Of a DNA stretch of 64,000 bases, positions 39,329-48,361 are shown piece by piece. Source of the stretch: an uncultured Alistipes sp. (GTDB taxonomy: Bacteria; Bacteroidota; Bacteroidia; Bacteroidales; Rikenellaceae); assembly GCA_937899895.1 (NCBI GenBank), contig CALBQR010000034.1, positions 2,514 to 66,513 of the forward strand, written 5' to 3'. The notes under the pieces were generated by a model. It saw only the letters and a list, made by a program, of their open reading frames with translations. It made no database searches and was not told the origin of the DNA. The position numbers and the translations under genes were made by a program. Within the stretch, counting starts at the first letter, position 1. Every line of letters begins with the position of its first letter.

Positions 39329-39715
39329 ATGGAAATCAAGATTCTGAAATATCGCTTCGATCTGGGCGAGATTGTGCGATTTGGAGTTGTCGGAGTAATA
39401 GCTACGGCCATTCATTATGGCGTGTATCTATTGTTGAATATTTATATAAACGCCAATATAGCTTATACGTTAGGCTATATTGTGAGTTTCTTGGTGAATT
39501 TTGTGCTGTCGAATTATTTTACATTCCACACAAAACCTTCGGTCAAGAAGGGCTTTGGCTTTGCTTTCAGCCATTTGGTAAATTATGGATTGCATATCGT
39601 CTTCTTAAACATATTCCTATATCTCGGTATGTCAGAAACGTGGGCACCTATTCCTGTGTATATGTTAGTTATTCCAATAAATTTTATCCTTGTTAGATTC
39701 TTTCTTAAAAAATAG
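39329..39715 (+). CDS. gtrA: GtrA family flippase
   Basis: VRFGVVGVIAT, NFVLSNYFTF, four TM segments. Confidence 0.9.
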   Translation: MEIKILKYRFDLGEIVRFGVVGVIATAIHYGVYLLLNIYINANIAYTLGYIVSFLVNFVLSNYFTFHTKPSVKKGFGFAFSHLVNYGLHIVFLNIFLYLGMSETWAPIPVYMLVIPINFILVRFFLKK

Positions 39716-39720
39716 ATATT

Positions 39721-40668
39721 ATGAAAAAGGTATCACTTCTTATCCCAGCTTATAATGAGCAAGAGTCGCTTCCACTGTTGTATCAAAAGATTGTAGAGGT
39801 AACAGATACATTGCCGCAATATGAATGGGAGTTTATGTTCGTAAATGATGGAAGTAAAGATAATACTCTGAATATTTTACGACAGCTTCGTTCTACTGAT
39901 CGCCGAGTAAATTATATAGATCTTGCTCGTAATTTCGGTAAAGAGGTGGCAATGCTTGCCGGCTTTGATCACGTTACGGGAGATTGTATGATTATAATGG
40001 ATGCCGATTTGCAGCATCCCCCTACGGTTATTCCCGATTTCCTTGCCAAATGGGAGGAGGGCTATGAGGATGTCTATGCAATCCGAAAGACAAGAGGTGA
40101 GGAGAGTTGGCTGCGAAAACAGTTCTCATTATTGTTCTATAAAATTTTGCAGAAAACGACCCGTGTCGATATTCTTCAAAATGTAGGTGATTTCCGACTG
40201 CTCGATCGTAAATGTATCGATATGCTCAAACAACTGCGCGAGAGTGAGCGATATACCAAGGGAATGTTCTGTTGGATTGGCTGCAAGAAAATAGGCGTTG
40301 AGTTTGAGCAGGGAGATCGCGTTGCGGGACAATCTTCTTGGAACTTTATGTCGCTACTCAATCTTGCCATTGAGGGTATTACATCGTTTACTACTGCTCC
40401 GTTGCGTATTGCAACATTTTCAGGAGTATGTATCGCGGCCCTTGCATTTATCTACCTTGTGTATATAATTATAAAGGCTATGGTATGGGGCGATCCGGTT
40501 GCAGGCTTCCCATCATTGATGGCTGTGATATTGTTTATTGGAGGTATTCAGATACTTTTCTTGGGTGTTATTGGCGAGTATCTTGGCCGCGTATTTAATG
40601 AAACCAAACGCCGCCCTGTCTATTTTGTAGAATCGGTAAATGATGAGCCGTATGACCCTCGCAAGTAA
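39721..40668 (+). CDS. gtrB: GtrB-like polyprenol-phosphate glycosyltransferase (GT2)
   Basis: IPAYNEQ, VNDGSKD, RNFGKE, MDADLQHPP, GDFRLLDR, two C-terminal TMs, GEYLGRVF.ETKRRP.Y. Confidence 0.92.
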   Translation: MKKVSLLIPAYNEQESLPLLYQKIVEVTDTLPQYEWEFMFVNDGSKDNTLNILRQLRSTDRRVNYIDLARNFGKEVAMLAGFDHVTGDCMIIMDADLQHPPTVIPDFLAKWEEGYEDVYAIRKTRGEESWLRKQFSLLFYKILQKTTRVDILQNVGDFRLLDRKCIDMLKQLRESERYTKGMFCWIGCKKIGVEFEQGDRVAGQSSWNFMSLLNLAIEGITSFTTAPLRIATFSGVCIAALAFIYLVYIIIKAMVWGDPVAGFPSLMAVILFIGGIQILFLGVIGEYLGRVFNETKRRPVYFVESVNDEPYDPRK

Positions 40669-42325
40669 ATTAACCACTCGCCTAAACCCCAATGAAAGCA
40701 CTATTATTGAGCGTAGTGTCTTCTTTTTGATAATAGGTGTTGCTTTCTATTTATTAAATAGATTCTCCTTTATAATAGCTGACGATTATAGATATGCCTT
40801 CATTTTAGCAACTGAGGAGCGAATAAAATCAATATCTGATATTCTAGAATCCCAGATATTGCATTACAAAATTTGGAATGGGCGTTTTATTGTACATTGC
40901 GTAGTCCAATTATTTTGTGGGTTATGGAGTTTTGAAGCCTTTAAGATATTTAATACAATATTTTTTGTCGCTTTTTGCGCATTAACAACGCGCTGTATTA
41001 CGGGAATGTGGCGCAGTGGTATAGTATGGTACGGTTTATCCGCTGCCATTTTATGGCTTATGCTCCCAGCTGTAGGAACTATTATGTTGAGCAATGTGGC
41101 ATGTGCGGTAAACTATTTATGGGTAGCAGTAATCAATATAGCATTCCTTATATATGTTTTCAAATATAAAGAAGAACGAGTAGATTCTATCTATAAAGGA
41201 ATATTCATTATATTGTTAAGTGCAATTATAGGATCGTTACAAGAGAGTTTCTCAATTCCTATAGTCGGTGCTTTTATGTTGTATTATATTTTTGGGAAGG
41301 CGCAAATTAGAAATAAGAATATACAATATCAATATTTGTTGATAGGATATTTGATAGGTACAATACTTTTAGTTTTTGCCCCATCAAATATTTTGAGATT
41401 ATTTAATAGAGGCGCGGCGGATGGTGGAGATCTTTTTGCTTCTAGTCCGTATATTCTGGCGTGCGTCCAAAGATTTATCGCGATAGTATTCAATAATTGG
41501 TTATCTTTAATATTCATTGTTGTCCATGGAGTATTGTTGTTAGTACGTAGATATCGACATTGGCTATATCCATTTATAGTCAACCATATATGCTTATACC
41601 TAATGCTTGGTATCGGTGTCGGGTTTGGAGTTTTTGTAGCTTTTGCGGGGACTCATCAATTATTTTTCTCTAGTTGGATCGTAATTGTTATTTTGATTAA
41701 ATTGTGCTATGTGCTATATGGGGATATTGCCAATAAACTATCAAAGACAATAATAATTCTATGCGCAATATGCATGTTGCCAATTGTGTATTACACAATG
41801 TGTGTGAGATCAGAAATACATAAAGCGCATCAGGACTATGTGGAAGCTATCAAATCATCCGATAATGGCATTGTAGTAGCGGGGAAATGGATTCAAACTT
41901 GTTTTAAGCCCAAAAATATAATAGAAGAGTTATACACAAGAACCGCATTAGTCTACCGTAGAAATTATCAATCGTTGTATTATACAGATTCTAATGATAA
42001 TATTAGGAATATTATACCGGTCTCTATAGAGAATATAGAAGGAATGGCATCTCAAAATATGGTAGCAGATAGGACTGCATATGTCTCAGATTATTATGCT
42101 CATATTTTTATCCTCCCGAAGAATACTCGCTCTATAAAAGTGAAAGTAGATTATCCTGCAGTCGGATTTGGCCGTATTAAGCGTATTCTTCTCAATCAGT
42201 CAATGTGGGTGTCATATATGAAACAGAACGAAGATTTTGAAATAGTAGAGGACGATAACAATAAGTACTATATAATGTATGATTCAGAAAGCCAATGTCG
42301 AGTAACATTGGAAGATTGGGAATAA
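40652..42325 (+). CDS. DUF6056-like multi-TM protein (putative GT-C glycosyltransferase)
   Basis: ADDYRY, HY..WNGR, NYLW, QES, APSN motifs; follows gtrAB. Confidence 0.75.
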   Translation: MTLASKLTTRLNPNESTIIERSVFFLIIGVAFYLLNRFSFIIADDYRYAFILATEERIKSISDILESQILHYKIWNGRFIVHCVVQLFCGLWSFEAFKIFNTIFFVAFCALTTRCITGMWRSGIVWYGLSAAILWLMLPAVGTIMLSNVACAVNYLWVAVINIAFLIYVFKYKEERVDSIYKGIFIILLSAIIGSLQESFSIPIVGAFMLYYIFGKAQIRNKNIQYQYLLIGYLIGTILLVFAPSNILRLFNRGAADGGDLFASSPYILACVQRFIAIVFNNWLSLIFIVVHGVLLLVRRYRHWLYPFIVNHICLYLMLGIGVGFGVFVAFAGTHQLFFSSWIVIVILIKLCYVLYGDIANKLSKTIIILCAICMLPIVYYTMCVRSEIHKAHQDYVEAIKSSDNGIVVAGKWIQTCFKPKNIIEELYTRTALVYRRNYQSLYYTDSNDNIRNIIPVSIENIEGMASQNMVADRTAYVSDYYAHIFILPKNTRSIKVKVDYPAVGFGRIKRILLNQSMWVSYMKQNEDFEIVEDDNNKYYIMYDSESQCRVTLEDWE

Positions 42326-42354
42326 TAATTGATAAACTAAACAAGATTACTGAA

Positions 42355-44016
42355 ATGCGAATAAAAAATAATATTGTACTATTTATTGTATGGCTAATAA
42401 TATGTTTATTTAATTTTCTCACTCCGTTATCTGCTGATGATTATTGCTATATGATGATTGTCGGGCAGGAACCTGCGCAGATTGATACTTTGGGAGACGT
42501 GTTTACCTCTATCTCTTATCACTATATGCACTCCAATGGCCGCTCATTGGTGCATGCATTGATTCAGATATTTGCAGGGATATTGGGTAAAACAGTCTTC
42601 TGTATAGTGAATGCTTTGATGTTTGTATTATTTGTTCAGCTTATTCGTAAATTGGCTAATATAGATGGAAAGTCATACCTATATACAATAATATTAATCG
42701 CCTTTATCTGGCTGTTTATCCCGGCATTTGCTGAAACGACTCTGTGGCTCTCCGGAAGTGTCAATTATCTTTGGGCGACAACGGCGGCATTAGCTTTTAT
42801 TTATCTTATAAATAATATCGAGAAGCTATCCAATAGATATTATCTGTACCCAATTTATCTCTTAATCGGCGTATGCTGTGGTTGGTCGCACGAGTGTTGT
42901 GCTACGGCACTTGTAGGTGGCGTTGGACTATATTACTTGCTAAATTTCAAGAAATTCAGAGGCCCGATAATCCCGATATTTATTGGCTTGTGTATTGGTG
43001 CGTTGATATTAATTCTATCACCTGGCACTATGGGTCGAGCCGAGGGGGCAGGCCTGCTTTCGAGTGGAATCGTGGCGATGATTATTCGTTTTGTAGGCGG
43101 CTTTGTGAATTTTATTATTGACGGTATCCCAACGGCGATTACCCTATTTATAGCGGTATGTGCTTTGTTGTTCGCGCGTCCGTGGGGCAAGAACTTTGTT
43201 CGAGAGAATCAGTTGTTGCTTTCAATTTGGCTTATTGCAGTGCTTTTTTCGGTGTTTGTAGGCGGTGCTACGCATAGATCAATGTTCTTTGTGAGCAGCA
43301 TCTCGACAATCCTCCTTTTTAAGATCTTTGCCGAGTGCGTAAAATCAACAAAGGCCAATGCTGTCGTAACGGCTATATTTGGGGTATGTGCTATTGGCGT
43401 TTTATGTGCTGTTATGCCTGCGATGATTGAGAATAGAACTTGTTCGCAAATATTGCACTCAATGATTGATTCGCCTATGGGTGAAGAGGTTATGGTGGCA
43501 TATGACACTCCGAAACTGGACAATAAATTAAAGAGACGATATATTAAAGCCGAATTTGGTAGTGGAAATGGATACAAGAACCAGGATTGGGAGGTCGTTG
43601 CAGTAAGCCGTATGTCAGGTAAGAAATCTATCTATATATTACCGACAGCGTTTTATGATGCTATATATGAATCTGATAAGTTCTGCAATGAACAAAATCA
43701 AATTCTGGATGGATTATACACAACGCCTGACTTGCGTTTCTTTGTAAAGAGAGTGGATGACGATGTTGAGATAACCGAGCAACAACTTGCTGATGCTGTT
43801 GTGAAATACGATATTGCCAAGGCTACTACCAATGATCTTGGAGGATATAGTTTCAGGCAGCGTTTATTCTTGGATATATTATCCAAATATAAAGCTCATC
43901 AGATTGAGAAGACGTCGGCTTTGACTCTGTTGAACACCCCTTTCGGTAGATATCTGCTAATTGATAAGTGCGAAGTCAAAGATAATAGATATTTGAATTG
44001 CGAGATAATATTATAG
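42355..44016 (+). CDS. DUF6056-like multi-TM protein (putative GT-C glycosyltransferase), second paralog
   Basis: TPLSADDY, HY..SNGR, WLSGSVNYLW, GWSHE, LSPG motifs. Confidence 0.78.
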   Translation: MRIKNNIVLFIVWLIICLFNFLTPLSADDYCYMMIVGQEPAQIDTLGDVFTSISYHYMHSNGRSLVHALIQIFAGILGKTVFCIVNALMFVLFVQLIRKLANIDGKSYLYTIILIAFIWLFIPAFAETTLWLSGSVNYLWATTAALAFIYLINNIEKLSNRYYLYPIYLLIGVCCGWSHECCATALVGGVGLYYLLNFKKFRGPIIPIFIGLCIGALILILSPGTMGRAEGAGLLSSGIVAMIIRFVGGFVNFIIDGIPTAITLFIAVCALLFARPWGKNFVRENQLLLSIWLIAVLFSVFVGGATHRSMFFVSSISTILLFKIFAECVKSTKANAVVTAIFGVCAIGVLCAVMPAMIENRTCSQILHSMIDSPMGEEVMVAYDTPKLDNKLKRRYIKAEFGSGNGYKNQDWEVVAVSRMSGKKSIYILPTAFYDAIYESDKFCNEQNQILDGLYTTPDLRFFVKRVDDDVEITEQQLADAVVKYDIAKATTNDLGGYSFRQRLFLDILSKYKAHQIEKTSALTLLNTPFGRYLLIDKCEVKDNRYLNCEIIL

Positions 44017-44033
44017 AGTTATCGCAATAGCTT

Positions 44034-44079
44034 ACAAAAATATCCCGCTCCGAATACAGTCGGAGCGGGATATTTTTGT
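44034..44079. terminator. Bidirectional terminator closing the polysaccharide locus
   Basis: Perfect 20-bp inverted repeat ACAAAAATATCCCGCTCCGA / TCGGAGCGGGATATTTTTGT. Confidence 0.9.
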
Positions 44080-44097
44080 TATAATAATGAGATGTTT

Positions 44098-44157
44098 TAT
44101 CTCACATTTGCGATGCTGATCAAATCGGCGAAGATACCCGCAGCAGTTACGCTTGCG
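44098..44157 (-). repeat. Orphan copy of the thrA 3' end (direct repeat of 45917-45976)
   Basis: 58 of 60 bases identical to 45917-45976; encodes ASVTAAGIFADLISIANVR* versus thrA ASVTAAGVFADLISIANVR*. Confidence 0.95.
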
Positions 44158-45247
44158 TTCTTTTATGTTTTAAGATGATTAAATCTACTTTCGCTAAACA
44201 TTTCTTAATAATCTTTTTTAACGATCTAACAGCAAATGGGAAGTGAGAACACATCATTAGTGATCGCCTAAATAAGATTGGTTCTTGATTGTTTAAGGCT
44301 TTGATATATCCTTTATTAATAGGATGAGTGATGGCTGTTGCAATATCATATTGTATGCATATCTCATACATCTCTTGTATCTTACGATGTAGATCATTCT
44401 TGATTTTTATATGCTCTCTATAATATATGGTTGAATAGATGGCTTTATGATACAGTTCATTTTGTTTTTTGGAAGATTGCCAATTTAGATTGGGAAATAA
44501 TTTATTGAAGCGAAACCAATCTTGAATTTCCATCTTAAAGAAATTTTCGCGATAATTATACACTAGAGAATTTGAACTATGGTGAATATAATTATAAAAA
44601 GGAGTATTATCAAAACCGATATTATTAATTGCTTTGTAATATTCTATACAGAATTGCCAATCTTCGCCGTGGGATCTATCGGTATTAAAGGTGATGTTAT
44701 TGCTTTTTATTATTGATGAGATAAATAATTTATTCCATACTTGACAAAGACAATCAGTAGAATACTCCCTAAATCCCAATAAAGGCTCGATAATATACAT
44801 TGATATCTCGTGTTTGTTTAATATATCATTATCGTTGAATGGTGTTTGAGAGATAGTCTGCTTGCCATTATAATTGTGAATGCGGACTCCACAACATATA
44901 CAATCAAGCTTATCCTGTGTAAGCTTTGAGTGTAAAGACATATACATATTGGGGTGAATTGTATCATCGGCATCGACAAATGTGATATACTTTTTTGTCG
45001 CTATTTTTAGTCCTTGATTACGAGCATTGCTTACACCGGCATTTGCTATATGCTTAACTCGTATGCGGCAGTCCTTTTGCGCGTATTCATCAAGGATAGT
45101 TTTGCTGTTGTCAGTTGATCCATCATTTATGCATATAATCTCGATATCATGGAATGTTGATTGGGTGATACTATCCAAACACGCTTTAATATATTTATCT
45201 GCATTATAAACAGGAATGATGATTGAAATACCATTATTCATACTCAT
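44147..45247 (-). CDS. Glycosyltransferase family 2 (oriented opposite to the main locus)
   Basis: ISIIIPVYN, INDGSTD, NAGVSNARNQG, FVDADD, GED. Its last codons and stop lie inside the thrA repeat copy. Confidence 0.92.
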   Translation of the reverse strand: MSMNNGISIIIPVYNADKYIKACLDSITQSTFHDIEIICINDGSTDNSKTILDEYAQKDCRIRVKHIANAGVSNARNQGLKIATKKYITFVDADDTIHPNMYMSLHSKLTQDKLDCICCGVRIHNYNGKQTISQTPFNDNDILNKHEISMYIIEPLLGFREYSTDCLCQVWNKLFISSIIKSNNITFNTDRSHGEDWQFCIEYYKAINNIGFDNTPFYNYIHHSSNSLVYNYRENFFKMEIQDWFRFNKLFPNLNWQSSKKQNELYHKAIYSTIYYREHIKIKNDLHRKIQEMYEICIQYDIATAITHPINKGYIKALNNQEPILFRRSLMMCSHFPFAVRSLKKIIKKCLAKVDLIILKHKRTQA

Positions 45248-45465
45248 ACAATATAATTGAATATTGCCTTATTCAGGTTATAGATCTTAATAGTCTTGAT
45301 GCCATTCTTGGCATGCGCACTAATGTTAAGGGCATTTTATGTCGTAATACATTGATTATGCCTAAAAAGAATGTTGCACTATAATTTTTATAATTGTGCC
45401 TAAATGACTGATTGTTCCAATACTTGGTGAATCTATCATAGAGAGGCTTATTGGGGGGAATATAT

Positions 45466-45509
45466 AAAAAGCGCATATGGAGAAACTATTTACTCCATAT
45501 GCGCTTTTT
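45466..45509 (-). terminator. Terminator-like hairpin in the leader of the GT2 gene
   Basis: Perfect 17-bp inverted repeat AAAAAGCGCATATGGAG / CTCCATATGCGCTTTTT. Confidence 0.75.
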
Positions 45510-45562
45510 GTATTTATTGATAATTTAGCTAATAAAGACCTAGAAATAAAGGCCCGCAAATA

Positions 45563-45571
45563 CCCCCCCCC
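45563..45571 (-). repeat. G9 homopolymer tract (C9 on + strand)
   Basis: TACCCCCCCCCTCAGCGAGTTAC at 45561-45583, in otherwise AT-rich DNA. Confidence 0.9.
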
Positions 45572-45645
45572 TCAGCGAGTTACAGGGAGCGTAGGTGTGA
45601 TATGATATATCGCAAACCATTGTTAGGACAAGATGTTTTTATTGG

Positions 45646-45677
45646 CAAATATAGCAAAGAAAAATTTAAGAAACAAT
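45646..45677 (-). promoter_or_regulatory. Putative sigma-A promoter for the leader/GT2 cassette
   Basis: Minus strand ATTG-N20-TATATTTG. Confidence 0.6.
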
Positions 45678-45849
45678 AACTCTCAGAACAAACTTATATT
45701 GTTGTCGTAAACATAATTACAAAATAGAAACTGCACATCGGTTCCCCTAGCTGATTGTTCCCCGAAACCTATCTGATTCAATCGCTGATGTTGTATATAG
45801 GAGAGTCAATAAAGACGTGGTTATATTAGGCTTATATTTTAATGGGAAT

Positions 45850-45898
45850 CACAAAGCACCCCCGCTCTGATAAACCATCAGAGCGGGGGTGCTTTGTG
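45850..45898 (-). terminator. thrA terminator
   Basis: Perfect inverted repeat CACAAAGCACCCCCGCTCTGAT / ATCAGAGCGGGGGTGCTTTGTG. Confidence 0.88.
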
Positions 45899-45915
45899 GA
45901 TAGAAGCAAATGTTG

Positions 45916-48351
45916 CTATCTCACATTTGCGATGCTGATCAAATCGGCGAAGACACCCGCGGCAGTTACGCTTGCGCCTGCGCCGTAGCCCTTAATCTGC
46001 ATCGGGTACTCCTTATAACGCTCTGTGGTGAGTGAGATCACATTGTTGCTGCCCGAAAGATTGTAGAGCGAATTGTCGGCACCAATCTCTTTCAGCCCGA
46101 CGGTTGCCTTGCCGCGATTGTATTCTGCTACGAAACGCCAACGCAATCCCCTCTCCTCCATTCGTTTACGATCTGCCTCGAATTGTGCATCAAGTTCGGG
46201 GATATTCTTCCAGAACTCCTCCAACGAGCCCTCGAAGTAGCGATCGGGAATAAACAAATGTTTCTCGACATCACTTTGTTCGATGCGATATTCCGCTTCT
46301 CGCGTCAAGATTACCAACTTACGTACAACGTCCATTCCGCTGAGATCAATACGAGGATCGGGCTCGGCATAGCCCTCTTCGCACGCCATACGGATCGCCT
46401 TGCTTAAAGGTATATCGGCACTCATAACATCGAAAATGTAATTGAGCGTACCCGAAACAACCGCCTCAATGCGCGAAATGCGGTCGCCGCTCTTAATGAG
46501 CGAGCCGATGGTACTGATGATCGGCAGACCCGCGCCGACGTTGGTTTCGTACAAGAACTTGATACCGCGACGGCGAGCCGTCTTTTTCAGTCGGTCGTAG
46601 GTATCGTAGTCTGACGATGCTGCAATCTTGTTTGCCGCCACAACCGAAACGTTTGCATCAAGCAGCTTTTGGTAGGTTTGCGCCACATCATAGCTTGCCG
46701 TACAATCGACAAATACCGAGTTGAAAATATTGGTGCGAATTATCTCGTCAGTGAATATCTGCGATGAAGATTCGGTCGTTGATTCAGCCAGCAGACGGCG
46801 ATAATCGTGCAGATCAATACCGTCGCGATTGATAATCATACGACGCGAGTTAGCAATTCCCACAACGTTGATTTTAAGCGAATTCTCCTCGGCTAACTTA
46901 TGCTGTTGTTTAGCTATCTGGTCTAGCAGATTGCTGCCAACCAAGCCCACGCCCGCAACAAATACGTTCAGCACTTGATACTCCGACAAGAAGAATGAGT
47001 CGTGGATTACGTTTAACGCTTTGCGCAAGCTATCAAGCGAAATCACAAACGAGATGTTGGTCTCCGAAGCACCTTGCGAGCAAGCGATCACGTTGATACC
47101 GTTGCGACCCAATGTGTTGAACAGCTGACCTGCCACGCCCGGAGTATGTTTCATATTTTCGCCAACGATCGCCACCGTTGCCAAGTCGTGCATAGCGATA
47201 ATGTCGTTGATCTCACCTTGCGAGATCTCCTTCGAGAACTCGCGTGTCAGTTCCTCGACTGCCTTGATCGAATCCGACTCATTGACACCAATCGAAGTGG
47301 TATTCTCCGAGGCTGCCTGCGCCACGAAATAGACACTGATACCTGCCTCGGCCAACGTGCGGAAGATTCGATGATTGACGCCGATAACGCCCACCATACC
47401 AAGACCTTGAATCGTCAGCAGGCAGGTGTCGTTGATCGACGAGATACCCTTAATACTGCGCTCGTCTGCGCGGTGCTCATTTGAAATGAGCGTGCCTGCC
47501 GCATCGGGGTTAAACGTATTACGGATACGGATTGGAATATTCTTGTGATAAACAGGGAATATCGTAGGCGGATAGACCACCTTTGCACCGAAGTTACACA
47601 ACTCGGTTGCCTCGGCAAAGGTCAGATGGTCAATCACATACGCCGAGTTGATCACACGCGGATCGGCCGTCATAAATCCATCGACGTCGGTCCAAATCTC
47701 CAACATATCGGCATCGAGAGCCGCCGCTACGATTGCAGCTGTGTAGTCCGATCCACCGCGACCGAGGTTTGTTACGTCGCCACTATCACGATCCGACGAG
47801 ATGAATCCACCCATTATGGTGCGTTGCGGCAACTCGGCAAATGCCTCACGAATTCGCTCATTGGTCTGATCGAAATCGACGATGTGCTTATCGTAATAGT
47901 GTGTTGTGCGGATAATCGAGCGCGAGTCTTTCAACTCTGCCCCATCAATCACTGCTGCAATAATCGTCGAAGAGAGACGCTCGCCATAGCTTACAATTGT
48001 GTCGCGGGTGCGCTCCGAAAGATCTTTGATGAGGTAAATACCTTTGTAGATGTTCGACAATTCGTCGATCATCGCATCAACTTTCAAGCGAATCTCCGTA
48101 GCCAATGCGCTATCGCCCATCAACTCCTCGATTGTGGTATGGTGTTTATCAATGATGAATTGCAATTCGCTGATGTAGCCGTCGTCGCCCGAAGATGCCA
48201 TTTTGGCCGTGCGGATCAATCGGTCAGTGATGCCGCCCATTGCCGAAACTACGACAATTGTAGGCTCTGCCGACTGCTCGACGATCTGCTTAACTTTCAG
48301 CATTGCTGAGGCGGATCCTACGGAGGAGCCGCCAAACTTCATAACTTTCAT
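45916..48351 (-). CDS. thrA: Bifunctional aspartate kinase/homoserine dehydrogenase
   Basis: MKVMKFGGSS, LGRGGSDYTA, WTDVDG, ACT domains, GVGLVG, ETNVGAGLP, GYAEPDPR, GYGAGA.VTAAGVF. Confidence 0.96.
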   Translation of the reverse strand: MKVMKFGGSSVGSASAMLKVKQIVEQSAEPTIVVVSAMGGITDRLIRTAKMASSGDDGYISELQFIIDKHHTTIEELMGDSALATEIRLKVDAMIDELSNIYKGIYLIKDLSERTRDTIVSYGERLSSTIIAAVIDGAELKDSRSIIRTTHYYDKHIVDFDQTNERIREAFAELPQRTIMGGFISSDRDSGDVTNLGRGGSDYTAAIVAAALDADMLEIWTDVDGFMTADPRVINSAYVIDHLTFAEATELCNFGAKVVYPPTIFPVYHKNIPIRIRNTFNPDAAGTLISNEHRADERSIKGISSINDTCLLTIQGLGMVGVIGVNHRIFRTLAEAGISVYFVAQAASENTTSIGVNESDSIKAVEELTREFSKEISQGEINDIIAMHDLATVAIVGENMKHTPGVAGQLFNTLGRNGINVIACSQGASETNISFVISLDSLRKALNVIHDSFFLSEYQVLNVFVAGVGLVGSNLLDQIAKQQHKLAEENSLKINVVGIANSRRMIINRDGIDLHDYRRLLAESTTESSSQIFTDEIIRTNIFNSVFVDCTASYDVAQTYQKLLDANVSVVAANKIAASSDYDTYDRLKKTARRRGIKFLYETNVGAGLPIISTIGSLIKSGDRISRIEAVVSGTLNYIFDVMSADIPLSKAIRMACEEGYAEPDPRIDLSGMDVVRKLVILTREAEYRIEQSDVEKHLFIPDRYFEGSLEEFWKNIPELDAQFEADRKRMEERGLRWRFVAEYNRGKATVGLKEIGADNSLYNLSGSNNVISLTTERYKEYPMQIKGYGAGASVTAAGVFADLISIANVR

Positions 48352-48361
48352 TCGCAATAAT

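Noticed and set aside
45273..45476. 67-aa ORF just upstream of the cassette GT2
   Set aside because: Its ATG lies inside the terminator stem and it has no recognisable motif. It could be a gene remnant but cannot be supported from the sequence alone.
45741..45778. GTTCCCC...CTGATT repeated twice, reminiscent of a type I-E CRISPR repeat
   Set aside because: Only two short adjacent units, no spacers and no cas genes.
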